A stretch of 64,000 nucleotides of DNA from Oikopleura dioica (Eukaryota; Animalia; Chordata). Position numbers and translations under genes: made by a program. Location: positions 6,634,001-6,698,000 of the forward strand of contig OU015569.1 in the NCBI GenBank assembly GCA_907165135.1, read 5' to 3'. The notes beneath the pieces are model-generated. The model did not search any database and was not told the origin of the DNA. It worked only from the letters and a program-made list of their open reading frames with translations. Shown piece by piece: positions 50,793 to 62,324 of the stretch (positions are counted from its first letter, which is position 1; every line of letters begins with the position of its first letter).

Positions 50793-52990
50793 TTAAGAAT
50801 CCGAGAAAGCTTCGTTCACATCTCCGATCGGATTTGATGGAGGAGGGGCAGCTCGTTTTTTCGATTTCGATCTCGATGGCGGCGGGAATTTCATAGATTT
50901 TGTACTCGTTGATGCAGCAGGCTCAAGCTGGAGACTCACTGAGCCTGGATCTGAGATTAATTAGTTAACGTGTTGATTCACAACGTTTCCAATCATGTTT
51001 ATGGATGATAAATTTTACCTAAGCTTCGTTCATGGCTAGTTCCATGATAAACGATTGCTGGCTGACTTTCTAACGCTCCTTGACTGCTTTGATTGTACAG
51101 ATTACTATTTTGCAAAGCAGAAGTGTGTGCGTAGGTAAAGCTAAACAATAACGTTCACAAGAATAGATTTTTTTGATAAAAATCAGGCTTACCTGTGGGG
51201 ATTACGCTGGCTTATGTTCACGTTAACAGTAGAAGTAGGATACTCAGGTTGAACCTGAGTTTGAGAAGGTGGTCGGGGAGTCGGCTCTGTCGGTTTCGGA
51301 GCCGGCTTAGGTGGTTGTGAATAATACGTCGTGGGCTTCGACTTTCCTCTTGGTAAAAGCCACTTCCAACCCCATTTGGGCCAGAGAAACGCGACGATAA
51401 GATAAACTGCCAAAAGCGTGCCTGTGACTGCCCCGAATAAGATCCCAATAGCAGTTCCGGGGTCCATGGGATCTTTCGGATATTCCACTTCTTCACAATC
51501 GCTCAAGTCAGTCTCACAAATGATCAGATCTTTGTTGTGATCCGTTAGAACAAGGGCTGGATAATTATTGCCGTTCGCATATTCAAATGCGTTATTGTAA
51601 ATAGCAACGACGTGGTCTTTTGACTTTTCCGATGTTATTTCAGATAGAAAAGAGAAAGACTTCCCCATTGATTGACTGACAGAGCACTCATTGAAAGTCT
51701 AAGAATATAGATATGAAGTGTTGAAATATCAAATAAAAACTTACGTCTTCACAAATAAGTCGGTTTAGATCTGTTAATACATCATCATTCTTCGCATTTT
51801 CACTTACTCCAACGGCATCTTTAATAATATATTTTGTCGCAGAAGGAGTTGACGCTGAAGAAGTTGTCGCTGAAGTGGTTGTTGTTGAAGTAGTTGTTGT
51901 TGAGGTCGTGGTTGTAGCTACAGTTGATGTTGTGCTTGTTGTAGAAGTTTCTGTCGGGGTCGTATTAGTCGGAGTTGTTGATGTTGTTGATGTTGTCGTC
52001 GTTGAAGTTGTTGAGGTTGTCGTTGTTGAAGTTGACGTTGTTGAAGAAGTAGTCGTCGCTTCACCAGAACTTGTCGTTGCTGAAGTCGTAGTCGACGTTG
52101 TAGTAGTCGAACTCCAGGTCGTATTCGTTGTTGTTGTGCTAGTTGTAGTAGTAGTCGTTGTTGTTGTCGTTGTGCTTGTAGTAGTCGATGTCGTGGTCGT
52201 TGTTTCTGGAATACACTCATCCTTTACGACACACTTTGGCTTGGCTGCGCATTGATAACCATCTTCAGTTCCTGGCGTTTCGATAAACGTCCCTTCTTCG
52301 CAGTTGCCATTTTTTGGAATACTATTTTCACAAGATGCCCATTTAGTGGCACAATCATCTTTTGGGATGTCGTAACAGTCTTGGCAGCCATTTGGACAGG
52401 AACAGGAAGCTTTGTAGCAAGTTTCGGAGCTTTCACATTTGAACGATTTTGAAGTCGCATCGAAAGAGAAGTTTGCATCACGAGCATATTTAACGAAATA
52501 ATATTCCTTTCGAAAGGTTTCGATTTATAGCACTAGACATAAATTCATTATTGTTTTATATCAAGTGAAATCGAAGAACCTTCCCTGAATGAGTTCTCCA
52601 TCATAACATGCCGAAAGTTCAAGCATATCATCGTCGAGCGATTTTTCATCCTTTAGATTTGCAGACGTCGGAAGAGTTGAAAACGTGAATTTTCCTCCGC
52701 TATTATTGCTAACAAACTTCTTGAATCGCTGTTTTGATATTCCTACAATTTTGGAGAAATCTCCGAGGAAAGCGAATTTCTTGTCTTTCAATGAGGTGAT
52801 TTCTGCGAATGTCGTGAGGGAATATCCACTTTGTGGAGCGAAGGAAAACTTAATTTTGTAAGATTATGTTTTCAACGTTTCAAACCGTTTCGGTGCTTTT
52901 CTTCGAGTAGCATTGGTTTCCAGGAGTTGGCTGTGATTGAATGTAGTAGAATTCGGTGTCATCATTATCGGCCCCTTGCAGCGAAGCTAG
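50793..52990 (-). CDS. Cys-rich region, Thr-rich mucin stalk, second Cys-containing region, single TM helix and Pro-rich cytoplasmic tail (probably the 3' part of the upstream GH-like gene)
   Basis: ...FAFLGDFSKIVGISKQRF...; CESSETCYKASCSCPNGCQDCY...; ~115-aa T/S tract; TM AIGILFGAVTGTLLAVYLIVAFLW; tail ending ...NEAFSDS* (50793). No signal peptide of its own was found. Confidence 0.75.
51850..52205 (-). repeat. Coding Thr/Ser low-complexity (ACA/ACT/ACG) mucin tract
   Basis: The plus strand is gtt/gta/gtc-rich; the minus frame reads TTTTTSTTTSTTTT.... Confidence 0.9.
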
Positions 52991-53169
52991 TCAAGGGTCG
53001 GCATAATTCAACATAACTCGTTATCTATAGACTAATGTGTATTCATATCATTTCTTTTTCTTGAAATAGAGTCGACCCTAGGCTATTGGAAGAGAGAATT
53101 GTGTAGTTGTTTTGTGCAAGAGTATGTAATTGTTTGTGAGTTTTGCTTTATCGGGATCAATGCCATTAA

Positions 53170-56100
53170 AAAACTCGAGCTAAGATGTCGATCATTTTGA
53201 TCTATGGTAAAATTAAGGAAAGCAAAATTATTAATTTTAAATTAAGAAGCGCAATAAAAAATATCAAAAGCGATCAACGTTCCTCGACTTCCACGTAAGT
53301 TTGCCATCGAATTTGAGTTCCTTTGCCAAGTCCATTTTCCTTGCTTCCTATTCCGGCTAAATCTGTGTCCATTGGTGCTGCTGGCACGTCTGGCTTTAGA
53401 ATGACTCCATCGTTTCGACAGCACTTTGATAATAGATCCCAGTCAAACTTCCCTCTTTTGTCGCCGAAGCGGACTGGGCCAGTGCTAAACTCGGCTAGAA
53501 TTTTTTTCTATTGCTTTTTACCTAAGGGTGACGGCAGCAATTTGGAATTCAGCGTCGATTTCTTGGTATTGGTAGTTGTTTAGCCCATCATATTTGCCAC
53601 TCAAGATCGGACCAGTCATCGGTCGAAGTCCAAGAGCATTTGTGAAAAGACCTGTCAAGCCATAATCAAAATTGAATGGAGAAGTGACCTCCAAAGAGTG
53701 AACATGAGTCAGTAATGCTGCGTAGATTCCAATTCTCGGACTTGCGTTGGCGAAAGTCATTCCGATACCTTTCTTTGGCTTCGTTCCAGCAGGAACTGCA
53801 GCGTTTGAGAGACCCTCATGCATCCTAAATGTTTTCAGTAAAACTGACGAGTTTCGTAAATTTACGTAAAAAGCCACTCTTCTCCACCGCCAACCTCCAA
53901 GTTTGCACGACAGTGCTGGTTTAGAATTTCTTTGGTATATCTCATTGTCATTTGAGAACAGCCTGACCAGCGATCGTTAAAGAATATATCACTACGTGTG
54001 TTATAGTTTTTAATTTCAGGGAGAGCTTTCCAGTACTGCCTATCATTGACAATCGTGATTCCACCATACCAGCATTCTTCTCTGTACGGACAAGGAATAT
54101 GTGCATCTGCATCCTCTCCTTTAATTTCTGCGTTCCAACAAACTTTGTTCCGAGAATATGGTTCAGAGTGAATCTTTTCCGGTCTTGATTGAATTGAATA
54201 TTCTACAAAAAATTACTTTTAACTCACCTTACGTTGGCGTCAACTCTTTCACAAAGATACTGATCTTGCAGTTGTGGGACACTTTCAAGCTTTGCAGTTG
54301 GAAAGCCATACTCACAGTCCATCCCAAAGTTGAGATTATAATTTCGGCTCAGTTCAAAGTATATCGCAGCGGTTCCCCATCGGTCGCATGATGGAGGCTC
54401 CGTCTGTGGAGGTTCAAGTGAGGGAGGGCCCCAAATGTTGTTTCTGTTGTTCATATACTTTTTCAGGCCGAACTCGTCGGTATCGGCCCACCAGTCAGCC
54501 AAATGAAAATAATTTACAAGAACAGGGGCATCTCCACCGACTAATTCCTTTCCGAGTTCCATTAATTCCCCAGACAAATCAATTTGACTCTTTCCATCTT
54601 TTGTCACTAGTCCGTCGTAGTAACTTCCTGCAGCTGTGGTAAACATAGCTTTTGCTTGTTGGGGAAAATCGCTTTTTACAATATCACTTTTGAAGGTTGA
54701 GCAGGGGCAGTCTTCGGAGAGTCCCATAGCTCCGAAAACCTTGATCATTTCTCCCCACTTAGAGATAGCAGCTCGAGGACCTTCGTTAGAAGTCACAAGG
54801 ATGGTCATCGACTCAAACGGGACAAAGCCAGTTCCGTCTTCTCGCTTTTTGATGAATTCTTCATAAGCTCCACCAATATGAGATCGGGCGCCCCTTGATG
54901 ATCCGAACTCGAGATCCAACTGCTCAACAAAACAGGTTTCATCCTCCTTCGGGTCCTTGAACTTGAGGCGAGCTGCTGCTTCCATAAGCATACTATAGGC
55001 ATTGTCTTTTGTATATATCCAATCATCCAAATATGTGTAGAATGAAGCCATACTTGCTGGAGAAATAATAATAACGTCTTTTTTGTTCTTATGTACGAGC
55101 ATAAATGGCCCGCCGTCTAGCCCTTCGCCATCTCGGGCGATATCTTTTAATGCGGAAACCTTCCATTCGCCATTGACAGTGTGTTCTGCACCGAAATAAT
55201 CCCCTTTCAACCACCAAAAAAAGCTGTCCGACGTTTCCGGCACTTTAAAACTTGGAAAGCCAAAAAGAAGGTCTCCAACTCGTCCTCTGACATCTGAGTT
55301 CTTTTTTGTCTCGGATGAAAATTGTCGAAAATCGTCAAATGAAAATCGGTCGCTAAAGAAGTAAACACCCAGTTGATCAAAATGTCGGATGATCATTTGG
55401 CCGAGCTTGTCGTTTGATCTTGCGCCGTAATGCTTCCAACTGTACTCTTTGAAACTGAACATTTTGTATTCTTCGTCTTCTAATTCTTCGCACTGATCTT
55501 TTATAGGAACGTAGTAACCGAATCCACCCAAAATATCAACTTCTGTGTCAAACATGTTCTTTTCCACAGTTGGATTCATCTCCGGCCTGTCTTCATACAA
55601 TCCATCAAAGTTTTTCTCGCAAATTTCGTCGTTGTCGTCAAAGTTTTCTCCAATACAGTTCGTGTAACAGTTAATAATATTGATTGCGGGAGTACTCTCA
55701 TCATCATACGGACTGTATTCACTGAGCGATGCAGAAATAAATCCAGATTCTAATGTTTGAGCACCAGCAGTCAGCTTGAACTTTCCGAGGTCACCTTTAA
55801 TTCGTTTTTAATCGTTTTTAATGATTAAATTCCTATTTCTAAATTAGCTGTAGTAACAATTTTCCCGTAGATTAATGCGAGATCGCACATTCTATTGATC
55901 TATTACGACTTTGTTTGCGACGTCTTACGTCAACAGTCAGTTAGGAAGCTACTCCTCGATGTTGTACAGATTTCCTAAAGAACCGTTAAAGGAAATCAAT
56001 GAGTCTTCTGCTTATCTGAGTTCCTATCATTATTCTTACAGTTAAAATTAAAGCAACCTTTTTTACTATACCTAATTTCGGGATTCACTAACAATTGAAA

Positions 56101-56278
56101 ACATTTTTAATTAATAAATTCGATTCAATTTTGAAACGATTCCTGCGCCACTGAAGGGTTCAACCTCAATTGTTGTAGCATGATCATTCTTGTACTTCTC
56201 CAGCCAGTAACCACTTGTTCTTCCTAGCAATATCAAGAAAAAGCAGGCATTGATGGCGCCTGAAGAGCCATTCCGCAT
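53170..56278 (-). CDS. GH36/raffinose-synthase-like (clan GH-D) TIM-barrel glycosidase-like protein
   Basis: 458-aa ORF with GLDGGPFML, FTTAAGSYY, NYFHLADWW; then TNALGLRPMTG and FSTGPVRFGDKRGKFDWDLLSKCCRNDGVILKPDVPAAPMD, resembling the raffinose synthase/Sip1 motif ISGGPxYVSD...HxFxLL..LV.PDG.ILR...PG.PT.D (from memory, not searched). The start at 56278 is tentative. Confidence 0.55.
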
Positions 56279-57008
56279 GATAACTCTACTCCCTCTTCTC
56301 GCTGCGTTTCTCTCGGTAGTTTATTCAGCAATCAGCAAAATTGTCGACGATAAAAGCAAGGTGAGAGAGATAGAGTAAGACTATAAAAAAAGTATGCGCT
56401 TGATCTTTTGGTTAATAATTCCTCTCACAAACATCGCTCTATTTGCGAAGCCTCAGAGATGTCCTCTAAAAACGACAAGAGATTTTTTACAATTTATTGC
56501 AACTCTTGCAGTCAGATTCCGATCCCATGAATTAATTTCGTCTTGCGACAATCGCCATCTGTTCTAACTTGTCCTTGTCAATCAGAGAACTTTGTAAGAA
56601 CACAAGTTTACATCCGCTAAATTTGAACTGAAAATTCGACGAAATATTCAATGTTGATAAATATTTTCCCTTACTAGACATTTGAGTTGCACTCAGATTT
56701 AATAAAATACCCGAAGATATTATGTTATTCTTAAATATTTCTAATTGGCTGCATTCCTCATGTTTGTCAGGTTATATGATCAGATTGCTCGCTGGCAAGA
56801 AGTGAACTCGAGAAAGGATAAGTAGTTAGCGGATGTGAATTCTGCCGCTGCTTTCTCAAAGTCCAGTGCAAGCAAGTTTGATCAAACGAGGACTCGCGGT
56901 AAACATCAAAGTTTGAACAAGTTACTTATCGCTTCGGAAAAAGTCAATACGCGTAAGATGCAGCCTGGATGGCGACTTTTATTAGTGTTTTTCGGGACAA
57001 GTGTGTTT

Positions 57009-60000
57009 CTAGTTTTCATCGATTGTTTTCTTGATCCAGTCGCGAACACCCCAAACATCGACATAAACACCTGGAGATCCTTTTCGAGCGCATCCTTGAC
57101 CCCAAGAAACGACGCCATAGAGGGTTGCTTTTCCTTCTTCATTGCACACGAGAGGCCCTCCTGAGTCGCCTTGGCAAGCATCTTTGCCTTTTATTTTTTT
57201 TTTTTTAATAGAAAAGTTTTTTCCATAGCGCTTACCTCCGTCAATAAGGCCGTCTCCATCAGTATCGGTTGTTCCAGCGCAGAGCTCGCTCACTTTGTTG
57301 ATTACCTGAATTTTGATCATTTTATAGAACATTTTTTTTCTTTGAGAAATAGTAATCTTACAGATCCGTAGACGGATTTAGAAGTACAGTACTCCCAGTC
57401 GTAAAGATTGACTCCGACTTCTTGGAGCGAATCTGCTAGGTTGAAGCCCTCGTTCTTGTTTCCCCAGCCGGCGACCCAGCAGAAATCTCCGTGAGTCGGA
57501 GCTTTATCTGGAAGACATGCTGCTGAGAAGCAGTTATTGCACGACGCAGGAGCAGCAGCTTTGATGGACGGAACTTTGACAAGGCACGCATCCCAGTCCA
57601 TTCCGTTGCCCGTTTGGTAAAGAGGATGAATGTGCAAGTCTTTTGCGCGTTGAGTTTCGATCACGAACTCGCCCGGATCGTTTGTGCTTCGACTAATGTC
57701 TCCAACGCTTGCTCGCACTTTTACGCTTCCCTTATTCTGGCTTGAAAACACGTGTTTTGATTATACTTAAGCTTTAGCAGCAAAAGAGAGCGTCCGAATT
57801 TCAGAACGTCTCTAGAACCCCGTTAAGGATCTGTTGTTCTAAAAGGAAAAATCAAAAATATACTCACTCTTGAAATTGAGTTTTCAAGTCCGGCGCGAAG
57901 AATAAAAAGGTATTTATTTGTCAATTCCGTTAAAATTCAATGCTTTTAGAAAATGTTATTGAGGATTCAAAGCGATCCTAAAAGGATTCTCGAGAAGCAT
58001 CAGTCCGCAAGAAGCGACTGTTGCTAAGAAATACATTCTACAAAAGAATGAAGAATTCGCTGACCATCTCAAGGGATGAAAGTCTGATCATCTGTGGAGC
58101 TTAAGCTTACTCTTCTGTACTTCCTTTCTTGTTAAAGAGAAATAAAAATTATCACTTTTTAAACAAAAAAAATAGAGCTAAAGAAGATAAGGCACTTCAA
58201 CTTGAAGGCTTCAAGTTTTTTAGCTCCTGTCTTAGTTCTCTTTCTTGCAGGGGGTTCTTAAGGAGGTAGTCCCCGGTTTGACGAAAGTCAAAATATTAGA
58301 ATTTTCTATGCATATTCTGAAAGCTCAATAAAAGAGCGTCAAAATTTGTATTGATCATTTTTTGTAAATATCAGAGGAAAGTCCTTAAAATTTCACTTGA
58401 AAGTTGAGATTCTTATAAAAAAAATTGATAATTTGATATTTTTTGATTATTTTATCAAACAAAAACGTGCATTTATGATGTCTTTTGATCTATTGATTAT
58501 TCCAAAATTAATATTTATTACTTATATTAAGGTTATAATAGGTTTATCTTACTTCAAAAACTATGATTTTTCAATTTCTTCAGTCCAAAATTTTGATCGA
58601 AGGTTTTACTGATGACTTTTTTGAGTTTCTAAATTTCGTTGGATGGCAACTCTAGACGAGGGAATAAGCTTCCTAAATATATATTTTGATAAAATATATT
58701 TCAGTATTTTTACGGCTTTACGCTTGTTTGAAAATAGGCCAAAATGGCGATTTTTCTCGGGCGGAGTTAGAATTCGGCATTTTAGCTCCTCAAGCGGCCA
58801 AGAAAGATATCTTTTGCGAACTGGCAACTCTAGAACAGGGTTCGACCTTTCTACCAATATAGTTTTCATGCTTTAACTACAGCCCAAATTCGTCTGATCG
58901 CTGTTCAAAAAGTGCCGAAATTGCAAAAAGCAGGGACTACCTCCTTAAACGTGATAAAAATGCTGTAAGGAGTGTTAAACCATTTCCTTGCAACAATGTG
59001 CGGCTGTGATTATCCAGTTATCATTGAGAATCGAGCCACCACAAAGTCCGGCTCCTCCGAACTGGCTTTGTCGCGTTCATTGCATATTTGTTTTTCTTTG
59101 CCTCGAATCTAGGCTTTTTGTTAACGCCGCAATGAACCGGTCCTAATCATTCTCAAATTGACTGCAAATGGCCACTTAGCTTTGTTAGCATCTACTCCAT
59201 TAATGATTCTGTTTGAGTCTCCCATTTGACGAGAAACTGGAAACACACTTTGTTCCACTGAACATGTGTCCGAGGCTCTTAATTAGAAGTTATCCAGAAA
59301 ACCTCACGCAATAGAAATATCACTGAATAAGAATGTTCCATTTCCGAACGCAAAATGTCACCATAACTATCGAAGTTTACTTACGAGAGTCTTTTCGGAC
59401 CGGTTTTGAATTCAGGTTCGTCTTCTGGTTGAAGCTGAAGCTCAGATTCTGGCGAGGTTGGTGGCTGTGTCGGCTGCGGAGTTGGAGCTACTGATCTCAA
59501 GTTGAAAATCGTAAATATGCTGGATTCCCTACCCGGTGCATTGCACTTGAAATCCTCCCAAAGAGCGATTCTTCTTGCCTCTTTCCATTGGCAGTTTCCA
59601 CGGGGACAAGAACAAGTCAGTCTCGTGCCTGCAACAAACGAAGATTAATGCAGTGAATCAGAAAGTCAAAATTACTAGGTCGATTGTTGTGAGTAAATCC
59701 ATTTTCGCAGCGCAAGCTGCAGAGTCGTTTTCCCTTTCCAGTGACTCTGCAACGAGTCCTCACCGCTGCGTCATTAGCTAAAAACAATTTCCCTCCATGC
59801 TTTCTATTTTGTCGACTAACGTTGGGGTACGAGTGGGTCACAAGTTACGCATTTGCCAGGACTTTTTGTCCAGATAAAGGTTCCCCCTCGATTTCTACAG
59901 GCTACTCGTTTTCTTCCAGCGGGTACAAAGCCTTTCAAACGATAATGTTTTTTAAAATTCGCATTAGTTGTTATAATTTATATCAGATTATTTTAAACAA

Positions 60001-60260
60001 GTCAAGGATACTGTACACTAGTCTTTTATCATTCCTGATTTGCAGACAAGCATACAAGTGGCTCCACTGCATCTGAAAGGCTGCATATTCTCATCCGGAA
60101 CCAAAGCCGGGCAATCTTCATGACCTCTAAACGTTTTTCTCTTTTTCAGATTGACAGGGCGCCCCCAGCTAGTTCGTTGTTCTGACTGCACGAGAGCATT
60201 CCAATATCGAGGTTGTTCGTAGAAAGAACCTGCACCAAGTCCAAGAAAACCTGCAAGCAG
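57009..60260 (-). CDS. Trypsin-family serine protease with two N-terminal Cys-rich (CCP/sushi-like) repeats
   Basis: Signal-like [11 protein letters not shown]; repeats CPALVP...[12 protein letters not shown]|GFVPAG...C...W...GKCVTC and [18 protein letters not shown]...[10 protein letters not shown]; NR|IINGVD activation site; [18 protein letters not shown]; DWDACLV; [12 protein letters not shown] (Asp189, trypsin-like); stop 57009. Confidence 0.9.
58262..58944. mobile_element. Non-autonomous DNA transposon with TTAA TSD (Kolobok-like), in a protease intron
   Basis: TTAA (58258-58261), then 12-bp perfect TIR GGAGGTAGTCCC ... GGGACTACCTCC, then TTAA (58945-58948); AT-rich interior, no ORF. 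TTAA with GG...CC termini fits Kolobok better than piggyBac (CCC...GGG). Confidence 0.8.
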
Positions 60261-60493
60261 CTGTTAATAATTTCGATAAGACACTTTTGTTCATAAATTA
60301 TGTTCTTATCTGAAATCTCTCCTTCATGGCGACGAAAAATTAGATTGACTAATGCGGTTGTGAAGCCTGCAAAACGCTCCGAAAAGGTCAGTGACTTAGC
60401 TTTGTATAATATATTTCGTGGAAAATGTATTTTAGGCAAAGCTGGAACACAGGCAGATTTATAGCAGGGAACAGTACGAAACACATTCACTAT

Positions 60494-61130
60494 TTACATC
60501 GAAAAGAAACGACCTCTATTCTCATATTCCTTGAACGTACATTGATCTTTCTTCCGTTCCAGGACCTATCGAGGCCAGCCGTTTTCTTTTATAGGTAATC
60601 GCATTTAGTCAGAATTTAAGCAAATAACAAGGGTTTTTTTTATTTAATTATAATTTATAAAGCGTTGATAACCTCCCTGGAATGCGTGGAGATATAGACG
60701 AATATCCACTTGAAGACACCAGCAACAACAAGAAACGCTCCGGCAAAGGTCATGGCAACTGTCTTATTACAGTGATTCGTCTGGCAACTCCAGATCGATC
60801 CAACGCCACTCAAGAAAAACAGTAGTCCAATGAATAAGTCAATAGATACTGTAATTTTTCGTGATTTTGAAGACTTTGAAAAGGACTTGATCAGCTCAAT
60901 TGGATCAAAAACTAACAGCGTGGGAGTCCTCATGTTTTCAATGAAGCTCTTTAACTTCTCAATACACGTGGTCGGTTCAACCGACCACGGCGACTTTGAG
61001 CCGCCGTAATTTCTCATGTGATAATCCATTCGACCTGATTTTTGTAATGTGAGCTGAGATGACTAAAACGAACCACTTTGTCAAATTTTGGATGTTTTCT
61101 CAAAAGTGGTGGCGTTTTGCACCGCATTTA
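60494..61130 (-). CDS. Small two-TM membrane protein
   Basis: ORF 60655-61029 with hydrophobic segments IDLFIGLLFFLSGVGSIW and VAMTFAGAFLVVAGVFKWIFVYI; a phase-0 splice leads to last exon VLERKKDQ...GRFFSM*. The start is uncertain. Confidence 0.55.
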
Positions 61131-62324
61131 TCTTTCATTCTGCAGCTGAAAATCCAAAAAGTTTTTTTCAAAAGTAATTGTAAATCTTGATAGGTAAGTG
61201 TTCAAGTTTCCAGCGATATGTTTTGTAAATTTTTGCTTGCCGGAAACGCAAGTTAGAGCTAAAAATCTTGAGCGCTCTTAATCACACTCCGAATTTTGCG
61301 CGCCGCGCGGGGCTGAATAATGCATTGTGGTCCCCTCACCCGACCCCGTGTTTTGAGCGCTTAGTTGCGCGCCCGTGTATTGAGAAGTTAATTTGAATAG
61401 GCATTCAGACTTTTTGAAATTCATCAAAGCGGCAAATAACAAGCCCTTCCCTTTGTCTTCTTAGAGAACAAACTTAAAAACAGTCGGACGCTGACGTAAA
61501 TGAATCTGAAACAAAAATGCTCACTCATTGCTTTTAAAACAAGAAAAATAAGTTACAAATTAATACAAAGACAAGGAAAGTGCGCTATTTTACCAACTCT
61601 GATATAGATAGTAAAGTCTATTAAGAATATGAGAATCTTTCTCGTTTGAAGATTCTCGATCCACGATCAATAATCATAAATCAACGGGTGAACGTTGTTG
61701 TCAAGCATAGATTTACAAGGATTAGCGAGAAAAATTCGCATTGTTGGCAGTGGTTTGCTAAAGTTGTACTTACCCAAGTATGGCGAGGAGTGCATAAACG
61801 ATCTGATTGCCAAATTCGTTGCTCGTAATTATTAATATCACTGCAGTCAGACTAAAGACAAAATGGGGATTAGCTTATCTTTAAAGTTTAAACATAAAAA
61901 GCTAAAACGTTAGGGTTGGCTTCGAACTGACAAAATAGCTGTTGAATCTTACAGGCGATATAAATTTGAGTTTCCCTAGCATATAAATTTAGATTTTGTT
62001 CGTTACCTTTTGCAGAGTATGGATAGCAGTATCAAACTAATATCTGTCTTCTCTTTTTCATTTCGGAAGCGAGCGAATTGTTTTTCACCATCATAAATCA
62101 AAGTATAATTCTCAACGTGTTTTCCCTGTTTCTGGTTGCGAGGTTGGGGGCTCCTTTCTTTTTTTCAAACTTGGCCTAATCATCTCTTTTCTCTAGTCAT
62201 AAAACAAATTGCCAGTGGAGCGCTTTTCACACATTCAGTCCTCTTCGCTGAAATATCAACTCATGGATTCCAAAAATATTCATATTCTTATAAAAATAGT
62301 GCTCTTTTAATTTGACTTTTACAT

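Noticed and set aside
51875-52255. Val-rich plus-strand ORF resembling a membrane protein
   Set aside because: Reverse complement of the Thr-rich mucin tract (ACN codons give NGT/GTN runs).
58835-58860. GGTTCGACC...CTACCA, tRNA T-loop/B-box-like
   Set aside because: No cloverleaf stems or A box; lies inside the TTAA transposon.
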